From: Anaerohalosphaeraceae bacterium
GTDB taxonomy: Bacteria > Planctomycetota > Phycisphaerae > Sedimentisphaerales > Anaerohalosphaeraceae
Direction: 5' to 3'
Assembly: GCA_963675525.2 (NCBI GenBank)
Contig: CAXXSL010000013.1
Coordinates: forward strand, 288,001-352,000
Length of the DNA stretch: 64,000 nucleotides
In this document: positions 39,857 to 50,496 of the stretch, in pieces
How the letters are laid out: each line of letters starts with the position of its first letter
How positions within the stretch are numbered: position 1 is the stretch's first letter
Made by a program: the position numbers and the translations under genes
The notes under the pieces: generated by a model
Database searches by the model: none
The model's input: only the letters and a program-made list of their open reading frames with translations
What the model was told of the DNA's origin: nothing

Positions 39857-40867
39857 CTAGGGCCTTTGCGCTGTTCTTGAGTCGTCATTCACCAGGTAGG
39901 AATCATCCCTGGCACCGAGCCCTGCAGGGACTCCAGGCTGGATCGCCAAATTATGATCTGGGTTCGTCATGGTACCGGCAAATCCGCCTCTAACCATGTC
40001 TTCAGCAGTTCCGCCGCCGCCACGAGGTACATAGATTGCATCATGTTTCATGCCGACATCCGGCGTCTTTTCGAAACTGGCATGGCCATCTGCAAACAGA
40101 ACATTCTGACCTTCCCGGTCATGAGGTTGAGAGTTTGCACCTCGTACTCCCGGAGATGATTCATTGAATGCCGAATTTTGCACATAGTAATTACCGATCC
40201 TGCAGATACCGTCTGTAAGATTAACATTATCCATTTGAGCGGCAGTCAGCAATTGCCCACTATTAAATTTGTAATCGAAATATGGATTCTTGTCAGCCAT
40301 TATAGCAAATGATGCCGAAAGAGTTCCAGTGGCCGCATACTGGCTTTTTGCACCAGTGGGGCCGTAGGGCTGATGATATGAATAACTGACATGCTGATAG
40401 GGATAGCCGGATTCGACCGCTAACGGTTCAGCCCCAAAATCCCAGAGTTGTACGATATCAAGCGGTGGATTTTGCGTATTTGTACCGTCGTATTCTTCCT
40501 GATCGCTCGCAGGGCAAACGAAAGATTTCGGACTGACATCCGCTTCCCGGACAAGCAGGTACAAGCTGGCACCGATTGTAATCCCGGAGGCCTGTGTACG
40601 CCAATTAAGAGAGGGATTCTGGAAACCCGGTGTGTACCAACCCCACGTAAGAGTCGGATTACCTCCGCCCTGTACGGCATACTCATCGTCGTAGTCATTG
40701 GAATAAACGGTTTGTGCGGTACCCAAACCCTTCAGGTTGGTTCCGCAGATGACACGCATGGCGATCTTCTTGACCTTGCTCAGTGCCGGCAGCAGAATCG
40801 CCATCAACATCGCGATGATCGCAATTACGACCAACAGCTCAATTAATGTAAAACCTTTCTTCTTCAT
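39857..40867 (-). CDS. Prepilin-type N-methylation / H-X9-DG (DUF1559-like) protein
   Basis: [34 protein letters not shown]. Confidence 0.9.
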   Translation of the reverse strand: MKKKGFTLIELLVVIAIIAMLMAILLPALSKVKKIAMRVICGTNLKGLGTAQTVYSNDYDDEYAVQGGGNPTLTWGWYTPGFQNPSLNWRTQASGITIGASLYLLVREADVSPKSFVCPASDQEEYDGTNTQNPPLDIVQLWDFGAEPLAVESGYPYQHVSYSYHQPYGPTGAKSQYAATGTLSASFAIMADKNPYFDYKFNSGQLLTAAQMDNVNLTDGICRIGNYYVQNSAFNESSPGVRGANSQPHDREGQNVLFADGHASFEKTPDVGMKHDAIYVPRGGGGTAEDMVRGGFAGTMTNPDHNLAIQPGVPAGLGARDDSYLVNDDSRTAQRP

Positions 40868-41177
40868 TTTTACAACTCCTTTCAGGTAAGATCTACTTCA
40901 ATCACCTTCGGCCAGACCGAAAATCCTATAATTGCCGTTTTTTTGCCCCCACGCAGGGCATTGTCGAAACTGTGTAAATCCTACCGGTTAACAATACGTT
41001 TCACCGAAGGTGAATTTCAGTTATTGCGCGTTCACAAAACACAAATCTATATTACAAGAGATGAGAAACTACTGACATGTTCACGGGAGATGAAAAGAGT
41101 GTTTATCGTATAATAGCTTTAAAATATATTACTTTTCCGTGAATCCTGTCGGTTCTCTCTACTATCTCGCTACTATC

Positions 41178-41206
41178 AATATACCTCAGTCCAATAATAA
41201 TGTCAA
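41178..41206 (-). promoter_or_regulatory. sigma70 promoter about 300 nt upstream of the prepilin gene
   Basis: TTGACA-17bp-TATATT on the minus strand. Confidence 0.65.
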
Positions 41207-41312
41207 GTAAAATTCTATACGAAAAGGATTCTTGCAATTTTTTTTTAATTCTGTATAGAATAGGCGTCAAATTCAACAAATGATCTATGGAATCAACCTG
41301 AAGGGTATAGAA

Positions 41313-42743
41313 ATGAATCAAATCGCTGATTTTGGTGTCTTAAATGCCGATCTTTGTAGGATTGGACAAAGCCATATATTACATTATTTAGATACATTAA
41401 CCCCAGATAAAGCCGCATCATTGCTGGTACAAGTCAAAAATCTGGATTTTTTCAGGATTCCGGCTTGGGTCGAGAAATACGTTTTGACTGATGGCTCCCT
41501 CAAGGTGCCGGAGCAATTTGACCCTGCTCCGTCCTATCCGGCTGTTCCCAATACGAGCGAGCAACAGGAAAAATACGCCAAAGCCGTTCAATTGGGCGAA
41601 AACCTGATCCGGCAAGGGAAAGTCGCAGGCTTTGTCGTCGCCGGCGGACAGGGAACCCGACTGGGATTCGACGGTCCCAAGGGCAATTACCCCATCAGCC
41701 CTATTAAGAAAAAAACACTGTTCCAGATTTTTGCCGAAAATTTGCTTGCGGCATCCAAAAAATATGGCGCAACCATTCCCTTCTATATCATGACCAGTCC
41801 GCTGAACCACGCTGCAACGGTCGACCTCTTTAAATCAGCCGATTACTACGGCTTGGGACAGGATAATATTATCATTTTTCAACAGGGAACGCTGCCCAAC
41901 TTCGGTTTTGACGGCAAGATCCTGATGGCCGACAAAGACCGTATCGCCACCAGCCCGGACGGCCACGGCGGCAGTCTTAAGGCCCTCTATAACAGCGGTG
42001 CCGTCACGGACATGAAAAATCGCGGTGTCGAGTACCTCAGTTACTGGCAGGTGGACAACCCGCTGATCCACCTGGTCGACCCGCTGTTCGTCGGCCTGCA
42101 CGTGATGGACAAGGCAGGCATGAGTTCCAAGGCTCTGCTGAAAGTCGGCCCACTGGAAAAGGTCGGTAACTTTTGCCTGGTGGATGGCAAGGTTACGGTC
42201 ATTGAATACAGCGACCTGCCCGACGAAGCGGCCCATCGCACCTGCGAAGACGGATCGCTGGCGTTCGAACTGGGCTCGATCGGCATCCATATGATCAGCG
42301 TAGCATTTATTGAAAAGCTGAATGCTGACGGGGACTTCGCCCTTCCATTCCACAGAGCCGTCAAGAAAATTCCGCATATCGACGCAAACGGCCAACTCAT
42401 TAAGCCTGAGAAGCCGAACGGCATTAAACTGGAAACATTCGTTTTTGACGCAATTCCCATGGCGGATAATTCGGTCATCCTGCAAACCCGTCGCGAAGAA
42501 GAATTCGCCCCGGTCAAGAATGCCACCGGGGTGGATAGTGCCAAAGTGACGCATCAGATGATGATCGACCGGGCGGCGGCGTGGCTGGAAGCGGCCGGTA
42601 TTACGGTACCCCGCAAATCGGACGGTACGCCGGACTGTGTATTGGAAATCGCCCCCAGCTTTGCACTGACCGCCGAAGAAGTAGAAAACAAAATCGACCG
42701 GATTCCGGAAATCACCGCAGGGACCGAATTGTATCTTGCGTAA
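41313..42743 (+). CDS. UDPGP type 1 family, eukaryote-like UDP-N-acetylglucosamine pyrophosphorylase
   Basis: AGGQGTRLG...PKG, SPDGHGG, QVDNPL, IEYSDLP, KLETFVFD, EFAPVKN. Confidence 0.9.
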   Translation: MNQIADFGVLNADLCRIGQSHILHYLDTLTPDKAASLLVQVKNLDFFRIPAWVEKYVLTDGSLKVPEQFDPAPSYPAVPNTSEQQEKYAKAVQLGENLIRQGKVAGFVVAGGQGTRLGFDGPKGNYPISPIKKKTLFQIFAENLLAASKKYGATIPFYIMTSPLNHAATVDLFKSADYYGLGQDNIIIFQQGTLPNFGFDGKILMADKDRIATSPDGHGGSLKALYNSGAVTDMKNRGVEYLSYWQVDNPLIHLVDPLFVGLHVMDKAGMSSKALLKVGPLEKVGNFCLVDGKVTVIEYSDLPDEAAHRTCEDGSLAFELGSIGIHMISVAFIEKLNADGDFALPFHRAVKKIPHIDANGQLIKPEKPNGIKLETFVFDAIPMADNSVILQTRREEEFAPVKNATGVDSAKVTHQMMIDRAAAWLEAAGITVPRKSDGTPDCVLEIAPSFALTAEEVENKIDRIPEITAGTELYLA

Positions 42744-42774
42744 ACGCACTTATTGAAATTCAGGTGATTAGCGG

Positions 42775-42959
42775 ATGTCCCGTTCCCGGTTTGGCGAGTT
42801 CGCCGGCCAGTTTGACGTGCTGGGCCTCGCCGCCGGAGATGATCGTGCTGGACTGTCCGAAGGTCATATACCCCAGGCCAACATCACAGAGGGCTTTGAT
42901 CGGCCGGATGATCTTGGGGAAGTTGACGAAAGACCGTTTGGCTTCTTCTATCCGGATGT
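42775..42959 (-). pseudogene. Degenerate 185-bp copy of an internal uvrA segment (43896-44080)
   Basis: Ungapped alignment by eye shows 12 mismatches in 185 bp, most of them non-synonymous. Confidence 0.9.
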
Positions 42960-43427
42960 ATCACTATTGTATATTTCGACAACGATTTTCAGTTCTCCGT
43001 CCGGTTGTCTCCTCCAGATGGTTACATACTTTCCCGCGGACTTCATCGGCTCACTCATACCCGGGAGGATTACGTCTTGGCTGAATGTCCCGACCTCATA
43101 GACATATTCGCCTTCGGCTTGAACATCCACCAATGTCGACTCAAGAGATTCGAACTTCAATCCCGTCGACAAAATCGCTTCGGTCTTTTGTTTTAAATCC
43201 GTCTTGCCGATGACCATCGGATACCCGTCGGGCATAGAAATGATGTCATCACTATAGTATTGCAGCATGGCGTCGACATCTCCCGACAGAAACGCTTTCT
43301 CCGCCTGATTGCCTAACATATCTACCTCCGCTTTCAAGTCTTCATGAGCCCGTTCTCCTGTATGGGCACATGCGCTTAGCAAGATGCAGACAAAACCTGA
43401 CATAACGACATTCATCCATTTTCTCAT
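42948..43427 (-). CDS. NTF2-like / DUF4440 lipoprotein
   Basis: Lipobox LSAC; GDVDAMLQYY, YEVGTF, GKYVTIWRRQPDGELKI. Confidence 0.85.
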   Translation of the reverse strand: MRKWMNVVMSGFVCILLSACAHTGERAHEDLKAEVDMLGNQAEKAFLSGDVDAMLQYYSDDIISMPDGYPMVIGKTDLKQKTEAILSTGLKFESLESTLVDVQAEGEYVYEVGTFSQDVILPGMSEPMKSAGKYVTIWRRQPDGELKIVVEIYNSDTSG

Positions 43428-43610
43428 GCTCCAATCCCTTCCATCAAACAACAAAAGCTCTGTCCCTTGTTTTCTCTGTAAAAAAACAGCATACTATTTT
43501 ACGATTTTTTGTCCGAGTTATGCAAGGATAAACAAGCTAAATCCCTGCTAAACAATGAAAATTAAAATGAAGCTGATAACGTGATGACGTATTGACTACC
43601 AGACGAAAGC

Positions 43611-46463
43611 TTATCGTTTTTCGGCGGCAAGTTTGGCTTTGAGATATTGGGCGGTGTAACTGTTCTCGCATTTGACGATCTTTTCGGGTGTTCCGGTGGC
43701 GACGACTTCTCCGCCGGCGTCGCCGCCTTCGGGACCGAGATCGATGATATAATCAGCCATCTTGATCACGTCCAGATTATGTTCGATCACAATGATGGTA
43801 TTGCCCAGATCGGTTAACCGCCGCAAAACATTCATCAGGTTATGAATATCGGCAAAGTGCAGTCCTGTCGTCGGCTCGTCGAGAATATACAGGGTATGTC
43901 CCGTTCCCGGCTTGCCGAGTTCGCTGGCCAGTTTAACGCGCTGGGCCTCGCCGCCGGACATGGTCGTGCTGGACTGTCCGAAGGTCATATACCCCAGGCC
44001 AACATCACAGAGGGCTTTGATCAGCCGGATGATCTTGGGGAAGTTGGCGAAAAACCGTTTGGCTTCTTCGATCCGCATGTCGAGAATGTCAGCGATGTTT
44101 TTGCCCTTGTAGGTAATCTGCAGGGTTTCGGGATTATAGCGTTTGCCCTTGCATTCCTGACAGGTGACGAACACATCTGGCAGAAAATGCATCTCGATCT
44201 TTTTGGTGCCCTGTCCCTGGCAATGTTCGCAGCGGCCGCCTTTGACATTAAAGCTGAATCGCCCGGGTTTGTAGCCGCGGATCTTCGCCTCGCGTGTCAT
44301 GGCAAACAGTGCCCGGATCAGATCGAACACACCGGTGTACGTCGCCGGGTTGCTTCGCGGCGTCCGTCCGATGGGCGATTGGTCGATCTCGATGACCTTG
44401 TCAATGCGCGAGGTGCCGTTGATGCTTTTATGTTTGCCGGGCTTTTCGCGGGAGGCGTAGAGGCGGCGTTTGAGGCCTTTGAGCAGGATTTCCGATACCA
44501 GCGTACTCTTGCCGGAACCGGACACACCGGTCACACATGTCAAAACGCCCAGCGGGAACTTAACGGAAATGTCTTTGAGATTATTTTCACAGGCCTTTTT
44601 GACCTCAATGCAGTCGGACATTTTGACGCGGCGGCGGCTTTTGGGCAGCTCGATGCGGACGCTGCCGCTAATATATTGGCCGGTCAGCGAACGCTGGCAA
44701 TTTTTGATATCATCAAGCGTGCCGGCAACCACCAGTTCACCGCCGTGTTCACCGGCGGCAGGCCCGATGTCGATAATGTGGTCGGCTTCGGCGATGACGT
44801 CTTCGTCATGTTCAACGACCAGTACGGTGTTGCCGATATCGCGCAGCCGTTTGAGAATATCCAGCAGGCGGTCATTATCGCGTCGGTGCAGGCCAATGGT
44901 CGGTTCATCCAGCACATAGCAACAGCCGACCAGACCGCTGCCGACCTGCGTGGCCAGGCGAATGCGCTGGGCCTCGCCGCCGGAGAGAGTTCGGCTGGTG
45001 CGGTCCAGTGTCAGATAGCCTAAGCCCACATCGATCATGAATTTCAGGCGGGCGCGAATTTCCTTGAGCGGCTGAGCGGCAATAAGCGTTTTTTCTTCGT
45101 CAAATTTGAGATTTTCGAAAAATTCGTGCGCCTGATCAATACTCATAAAGGTCAAGTCACTGATGTTTTTGCCGCCGATGGTAACCGCCGTCGCTTCGCG
45201 GCACAGACGGGTTCCGCCGCATTTTTTGCACGGCGACTCCGAAAGGTAGCCATGCAGACGGGCCTTGACATATTCGCTGGTGGTATTTTCCCAGCGGCGC
45301 TGCAGATTCGGGATAACACCTTCGAAACTGCATGCGTATCGGGCCTCGTCGTCAGCCGTGGTCCCATAGATAAGGATTTTGCGAACCGCCGCAGGGATCT
45401 CTTTAAAAGAATCACTTTTCTTGACGCCGAAATTACGGCAGAATCGCTTGATCAGGCGATTGTAGTAGATATTCATGCGTTTGCCGCCCTTTCGCCATGC
45501 CTCGACGGCGCCGTTTTCGAGCGAGATGCTTTTGTCGGACACGATAAGATCGGGGTCGAATTCGAGAATCGTTCCCAGACCGTCGCAGGCGTCGCAGGCA
45601 CCGTAAGGGCTATTGAAACTGAACAGCCGGGGCGACAGTTCGGCCAGCGAGGCTTCGGGGTGCTTGGTACAGGCGTATTTTTCGCTGTAAATGATATCTT
45701 TCCAGTGACCGTTGCCGCCGTTGGTCTTCTGCTTGTCGGGTTCCTGCATCATAACGATGACGGTACCTTCGCCGATCTTTAACGCTGTTTCAATCGAGTC
45801 GGCCAGGCGGATGCGAATGCTGTCTTTGAGAACCAGCCGATCCACCACCGCCGCGATGTCATGCTTTTTGTTCTTGTCCAGTACGGGAACGGCTTTAACA
45901 TCATAGATCTGGCCGTCGGCACGAACACGAACGAAACCTTCGCGCTGGATCTGGGTGATGATGTCTTTGTGCTCGCCCTTCTGTCCGCGCACCATGGGAG
46001 CGCATATCTGGACGCGGGTTCCTTCGGCCAATGAGAGGATCGCGTTAACGATCTGCGTGGCATGCTGGCTGGTGACTTCTTTGCCGCACACCCAGCAGTG
46101 AGGCGTTCCCGTGCGGGCAAACAACAGGCGGCAGTAGTCATATATTTCGGTCGTCGTCGCCACTGTCGAGCGGGGGTTGCTGGAGGCGCTGCGCTGCTCA
46201 ATGGCAATGGTCGGCGGCAGGCCCTCGATATGCTCGATGTGCGGCTTTTGCATTTGTTCGAGGAATTGCCGCGCGTAGGCACTGAGCGATTCGACATACT
46301 TTCGCTGCCCTTCGGCATAGATGGTATCGAATGCCAGCGAACTCTTGCCGGAACCGCTGATGCCGGTGACCACCACCAACCGGTCCCGCGGGATCGTAAT
46401 GTCCAGATTCTTTAAGTTATGTTCAGAAGCCCCGGTAATATGGATGGCTTTCGGTTCTGTCAC
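43611..46463 (-). CDS. uvrA: Excinuclease ABC subunit A
   Basis: Two ABC cassettes (GISGSGKSS, GVSGSGKST, LSGGEAQR, LDEPT) and zinc fingers; likely GTG start at 46463. Confidence 0.98.
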   Translation of the reverse strand: MTEPKAIHITGASEHNLKNLDITIPRDRLVVVTGISGSGKSSLAFDTIYAEGQRKYVESLSAYARQFLEQMQKPHIEHIEGLPPTIAIEQRSASSNPRSTVATTTEIYDYCRLLFARTGTPHCWVCGKEVTSQHATQIVNAILSLAEGTRVQICAPMVRGQKGEHKDIITQIQREGFVRVRADGQIYDVKAVPVLDKNKKHDIAAVVDRLVLKDSIRIRLADSIETALKIGEGTVIVMMQEPDKQKTNGGNGHWKDIIYSEKYACTKHPEASLAELSPRLFSFNSPYGACDACDGLGTILEFDPDLIVSDKSISLENGAVEAWRKGGKRMNIYYNRLIKRFCRNFGVKKSDSFKEIPAAVRKILIYGTTADDEARYACSFEGVIPNLQRRWENTTSEYVKARLHGYLSESPCKKCGGTRLCREATAVTIGGKNISDLTFMSIDQAHEFFENLKFDEEKTLIAAQPLKEIRARLKFMIDVGLGYLTLDRTSRTLSGGEAQRIRLATQVGSGLVGCCYVLDEPTIGLHRRDNDRLLDILKRLRDIGNTVLVVEHDEDVIAEADHIIDIGPAAGEHGGELVVAGTLDDIKNCQRSLTGQYISGSVRIELPKSRRRVKMSDCIEVKKACENNLKDISVKFPLGVLTCVTGVSGSGKSTLVSEILLKGLKRRLYASREKPGKHKSINGTSRIDKVIEIDQSPIGRTPRSNPATYTGVFDLIRALFAMTREAKIRGYKPGRFSFNVKGGRCEHCQGQGTKKIEMHFLPDVFVTCQECKGKRYNPETLQITYKGKNIADILDMRIEEAKRFFANFPKIIRLIKALCDVGLGYMTFGQSSTTMSGGEAQRVKLASELGKPGTGHTLYILDEPTTGLHFADIHNLMNVLRRLTDLGNTIIVIEHNLDVIKMADYIIDLGPEGGDAGGEVVATGTPEKIVKCENSYTAQYLKAKLAAEKR

Positions 46464-46626
46464 AATCACCCCTGCTGTAACGCCGGCTTCCAGCCGGCAG
46501 GTTATATTGACATTGCCGACAAGATGCCGGCGGTACTTAGTACCCGATTTTTCTATGGCAAAACAATTTGGTGATTGTACCATAGGCAGGATATGAAGTA
46601 AACGCCCTTTTCGGGAGTGATTTCAG

Positions 46627-47415
46627 ATGGCTAATATCGTGGACTTGCACAATTGGGATTTAAGTCCTTTACAGGCAAGGCAGTTACAGGAAAAACTCAA
46701 GGATCATATTGAGTTGTGCCCCCTGCAAAAAAAACCGGAATTTGTGGCCGGGCTGGACTGTTCCCTGGATAAACGCCGGGGGCTGATTTTCGCTGCGGCG
46801 GTTGTATTCGAGCTTTCTACAGACTCATCGGGTGGCATGGCTTCTCGCGAAGCGAAAGCCATGGGAGAATGTTACAAACCACGCCTTTCGCCTACGGCGA
46901 GAAGACGTGCCACCCAAAGTGAATTAACACTGGTCGAAACCGTAACCGCCCACATGCCACTGGTGTTTCCGTATGTGCCGGGATTGCTGTCATTTCGGGA
47001 GATGCCGGTGTGCCTGGAGGCGGTTAAAAAAGTGCAAACGCCGGTCGATCTGTGGCTGATTGACGGTCAGGGTATCGCCCACCCCCGCCGGCTGGGGTTG
47101 GCCAGTCACCTGGGATTATTGTTGAATACACCAACCATCGGATGCGCCAAAAGCCGACTGATCGGAACTTATGATGAACCGGGCGCGTATAAAGGCGATT
47201 TTTCACAGTTGTATGATAAGGATGAACGAATCGGAGCGGTTGTGCGAACCCGCGACAACGTCAAGCCGCTGTTTATCTCGCCGGGGCATTTGTGCCGTTT
47301 TGAGGACGCGATAAAATTCACGCTGGCCTGCACAACAAAATACCGCCTGCCGGAACCAACCCGACTGGCCCACCAAACCGTCACAAAATACAAAACCACC
47401 GAAGACGCGGAATGA
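46627..47415 (+). CDS. nfi: Endonuclease V with an in-frame palindromic insertion
   Basis: AGLD, PYVPGLLSFRE, DGQGIAHPRRLGLASH, GCAKS, SPGH, LPEPTRLAH. Confidence 0.93.
   Translation: MANIVDLHNWDLSPLQARQLQEKLKDHIELCPLQKKPEFVAGLDCSLDKRRGLIFAAAVVFELSTDSSGGMASREAKAMGECYKPRLSPTARRRATQSELTLVETVTAHMPLVFPYVPGLLSFREMPVCLEAVKKVQTPVDLWLIDGQGIAHPRRLGLASHLGLLLNTPTIGCAKSRLIGTYDEPGAYKGDFSQLYDKDERIGAVVRTRDNVKPLFISPGHLCRFEDAIKFTLACTTKYRLPEPTRLAHQTVTKYKTTEDAE
46830..46915. repeat. REP-doublet-like palindrome GGGTGGCA...TGCCACCC inside nfi
   Basis: Left arm GGGTGGCATGGCTTCTCGCGAAGCGAAAGCCATG; right arm reverse complement GGGTGGCACGTCTTCTCGCCGTAGGCGAAAGGCGTG. Confidence 0.85.
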
Positions 47416-47433
47416 CACTAAAATCAAGAAAAA

Positions 47434-47461
47434 AAGCCGGGGAAACAATTTTCCCCGGCTT
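47434..47461. terminator. Rho-independent terminator between convergent nfi and PEP-CTERM genes
   Basis: AAGCCGGGGAAA-caat-TTTCCCCGGCTT with an A-run on the left (U-tract on the minus strand). Confidence 0.8.
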
Positions 47462-47490
47462 CCGGTTTTAAACAAAACGCAGATTTTTTC

Positions 47491-48201
47491 TTAGCCGCGT
47501 TTTCTGCGAATAGCCAACAGGCTCCCAACGCCCAGAAGAACCATTGTTGCCGGTTCGGGTACCAGGATCAGAGCCGGCTGCCAATCTGCTGTGGCATTCT
47601 CTTTGGTGGCGATTCCGTAGCCTCTGTCGGTGCCGTCATCGTTAGCCAAAATGAATGTGACCAATCCACCATCATCAATTCGACTCTGGAGGAAAACTTC
47701 AAAGGCCGCACCGCTGATAATGATTTTGCTTCCGGCATCAGCGCTGCCCGGAACGACTTCGGTGATTCCCGCAACATCGCCATCCAAGTCGGTAATCCAG
47801 CCGTTGGTCACAGCCGCCGCGGACAAGGCACTGCTTTCCCATTCCTGACCTGGATTAGTGTCCATCAGAACGGTTTCATCCCAGTCCTGAGCCGTGTTGC
47901 CCGCCACATTGTTGAGACCATACAGGGCAAACCGTGTGTCAACGACTGTGTCATTACGTGACGCCCCGCCCGAGACGGTCAGGACCAATTGTGCGCCCTC
48001 AAGGGTGGTGTAACTAACGCCGGAAAGGTCAAAACGAAGATACCCGGCAAAATCAACACTGCCCCCGCGGACATCCATAAAGGTATAACCGCCGCGAACT
48101 GTCGCGTCGCGCAGATAGGTGTCTGCGTCACTGTCAACGATCACGGCCTGGACGGCTGAGCCCAGTAATACTACTAACAACAATACAAAAAATCTTTTCA
48201 T
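47491..48201 (-). CDS. PEP-CTERM surface protein with DNRLRE-like domain
   Basis: Signal peptide, DADTYLRD...YLRFDLS, C-terminal VPEPATMVLLGVGSLLAIRRKRG. Confidence 0.9.
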   Translation of the reverse strand: MKRFFVLLLVVLLGSAVQAVIVDSDADTYLRDATVRGGYTFMDVRGGSVDFAGYLRFDLSGVSYTTLEGAQLVLTVSGGASRNDTVVDTRFALYGLNNVAGNTAQDWDETVLMDTNPGQEWESSALSAAAVTNGWITDLDGDVAGITEVVPGSADAGSKIIISGAAFEVFLQSRIDDGGLVTFILANDDGTDRGYGIATKENATADWQPALILVPEPATMVLLGVGSLLAIRRKRG

Positions 48202-48289
48202 CTTTCCAATCCTCCGAAAAAGTAACACTTTAATTTACTATTCTATTCTTACTTCACACACATTACAACACACACTTCAAGCAAAGTAT

Positions 48290-48319
48290 GGCGGGCAGCA
48301 ATAATGCTTGCTGCCCGCC
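48290..48319. terminator. Hairpin, probable terminator or mRNA stabiliser
   Basis: GGCGGGCAGCA-8nt-TGCTGCCCGCC; no strong U-tract. Confidence 0.55.
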
Positions 48320-48348
48320 CAAAATACAAAATTTACCAAACTAACACA

Positions 48349-50371
48349 CTATGGACATTGCAGACTGTCACAGGCAAGCCATTGTCCGGCCATTAGTACA
48401 AAATCGCCCAGATCAACGAAGCAGTCGCTGTTCAGGTCAGCAATATTCGCGACATAACCCGGGACATTCTGAGCCGCGTCACAAGCACTCGTGCCGACAT
48501 AAACCTGGACCGGGTCAGATACAGCCTCCTGACCATCGTCGGCTGTCAACTGGAATTCATAGGTGCCGGATGTTCCAATGGTAACCGTTGTGTCTTCCGT
48601 GTCATTCGGAGCAATGGTTACGGTTTCCGGTCCGCTAAGCTGTTCCCACAGATAAGCCATCGTTCCATAAGGCTGGCCGTCATCGGTAACGGTACCATCC
48701 AGAGTAACGTCCACAGTGCCGGGGTTCGAGACAGTTGTCAGGTTCAAAACCGGAACTGTTGCCGGGTCAACGGCTTCCTTGGTTCCCAGAGCGTAACCCC
48801 TGTACGAACCACCCGTTCCAAGGGTAATAACAAAAGTAGCCAGACCCCCGTTGTTAGCACGATCCTGCAGGAAGGAAACCAGGTCGGCTCCTGCCACGGT
48901 CATCGTCGTTCCGTCAGTTGATTCGGTAATGTTAATTCCAGCTTCCATGTCCAGATTGACCACCCTTCCATCGGCAATACTGGTTGCCAGTGTCGGGTCA
49001 GCGGAGTCGAATTCTGCGCCAGCATTGTTCCAGGTGAGATCCATTTCACCCCAGTCCTGCGCTGTGTTGCCAGCGCTGTCGGTCAAGCCGTGCAGCGCAA
49101 ACCGGTCGGTAATCATGGTATCGTTACGCCAGCCGCCGGGAACTTTTGTCAGGGTCAATGTGGCATCTACAATGTCGGCTGCAGTATATGCAGACAGGTC
49201 AAATCGCAGATAACTATAAAATCCATAAGCATTTGTCACATTCATCAGGGGATCGTCGCCGTTTTCAGTATAGCCGTCACGCATCCAGGTATCCGCATCA
49301 GAACCAAGGGCTATTTTGTCCACCCAGACATACTGATCCGCCCCGGCATCAACGACGGGAGGATTGTTAAAGGTGTTATAGGACCAATGCAAGCCGCGAT
49401 GCAGGCCGGACGTGGAATCAAGCACATCGACGACCCAGTAATACCGCGTTAACGGATCCGGAGCTGACGGAAGCGAAACACTGTTGCTGTCAGTACCGGT
49501 CACAAGTGTCGTCAGGCCGTAATCGGACAAAAGACTGTTCGGTTCAGTCGTACCCCAATAAACATCGCAGGTAATGGTACCGCCAACATCATTCGGTTCA
49601 GGATTTGTCCAGCTCAACTGGGTCAAGGAACTGGTTACAACCTCATTCATCACGGGACTTGGATTGGTTGCCCAAATCGGATCCACGTCAGCGGGAAGAA
49701 CCAGCGTCGGTGCAATAATGTTGGGGTCCGTCAGGCCTTCCTTGGTACGGATATAATACTGCTTGCCGCTGCCGTCATTGGGACAAATGAACGCCAGGGT
49801 AATCTGATTGTTTGTGTCAGCTTTAATGACATCTACCAAGGGGGTTCGTAGCGTTTGGATCGTCCGGATTAATGGAAACATCGAGAGCAACGTAGTCATC
49901 ATCAGCCCCGATAGTGAAGGTTCCAAGGTACGTCATCTTCGGGTCATCAATGATGTAGTTGCCGTTTGCCTCCGGATCCGTTGGCAAAAATCCCGGAGCC
50001 GTGTTGTACGTAATTGACATCTCGCCCCAGTTGTCATCTATGACATTATCATTCAGCGCGTAAACAGCACAATCTCGGGTGTTTTCGGCACTGGTTATCC
50101 ACAACCGCAACTGGGCGCCTGTGGGATCCATACCACCGATGCTCGTGATATCCCACCGCACATAGCCGATATGAGATCGTGTATCTGTTAAGTAGCGGAT
50201 ATCCATGTCAACATTTGCGCCGTAGTTGTTATTCGGGCCCTTGTTGCTGTCATTGCCAATAAACGTATCGGCCCCGTTACCATCCGCTGTCGTAACGACC
50301 GTTTCCGCTTGAGCAACGAGCCCAAGCACACACACAAACATCACCATCACTAATACATTCTTTGTTCTCAT
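48349..50371 (-). CDS. Secreted protein with two DNRLRE-like domains, split PKD and dockerin-like tail (one gene broken by a +1 frameshift in the G5 run at 49840-49844)
   Basis: ORFs 49823-50416 and 48349-49926 join as ...PNATNPLVDVIKADTNN... if one base is removed; GGAGG RBS before ATG 50371. Confidence 0.8.
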
Positions 50372-50496
50372 GATTACACCTCCAAAAAAGTTAATAATTA
50401 TTATCTTAAACAACAATTAGTTCTATCTTCGTTTATTCCGATCCCTTTACAGTTTGTCGATAGATTAAAACGCCCTTAAAATTTCCGAATCTTCGC

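Noticed and set aside
40868..41100. c-di-GMP or c-di-AMP riboswitch
   Set aside because: I could not find the conserved cores of these aptamers; kept only as an unclassified structured leader.
42775..43101. 108-aa plus-strand ORF resembling ORF 43842-45023
   Set aside because: Both are antisense shadows of uvrA sequence; the similarity only reflects the duplication.
42775..44080. uvrA repeat pair as a DGR template/variable repeat
   Set aside because: Substitutions affect all four bases rather than adenines only, and there is no reverse transcriptase in the window.
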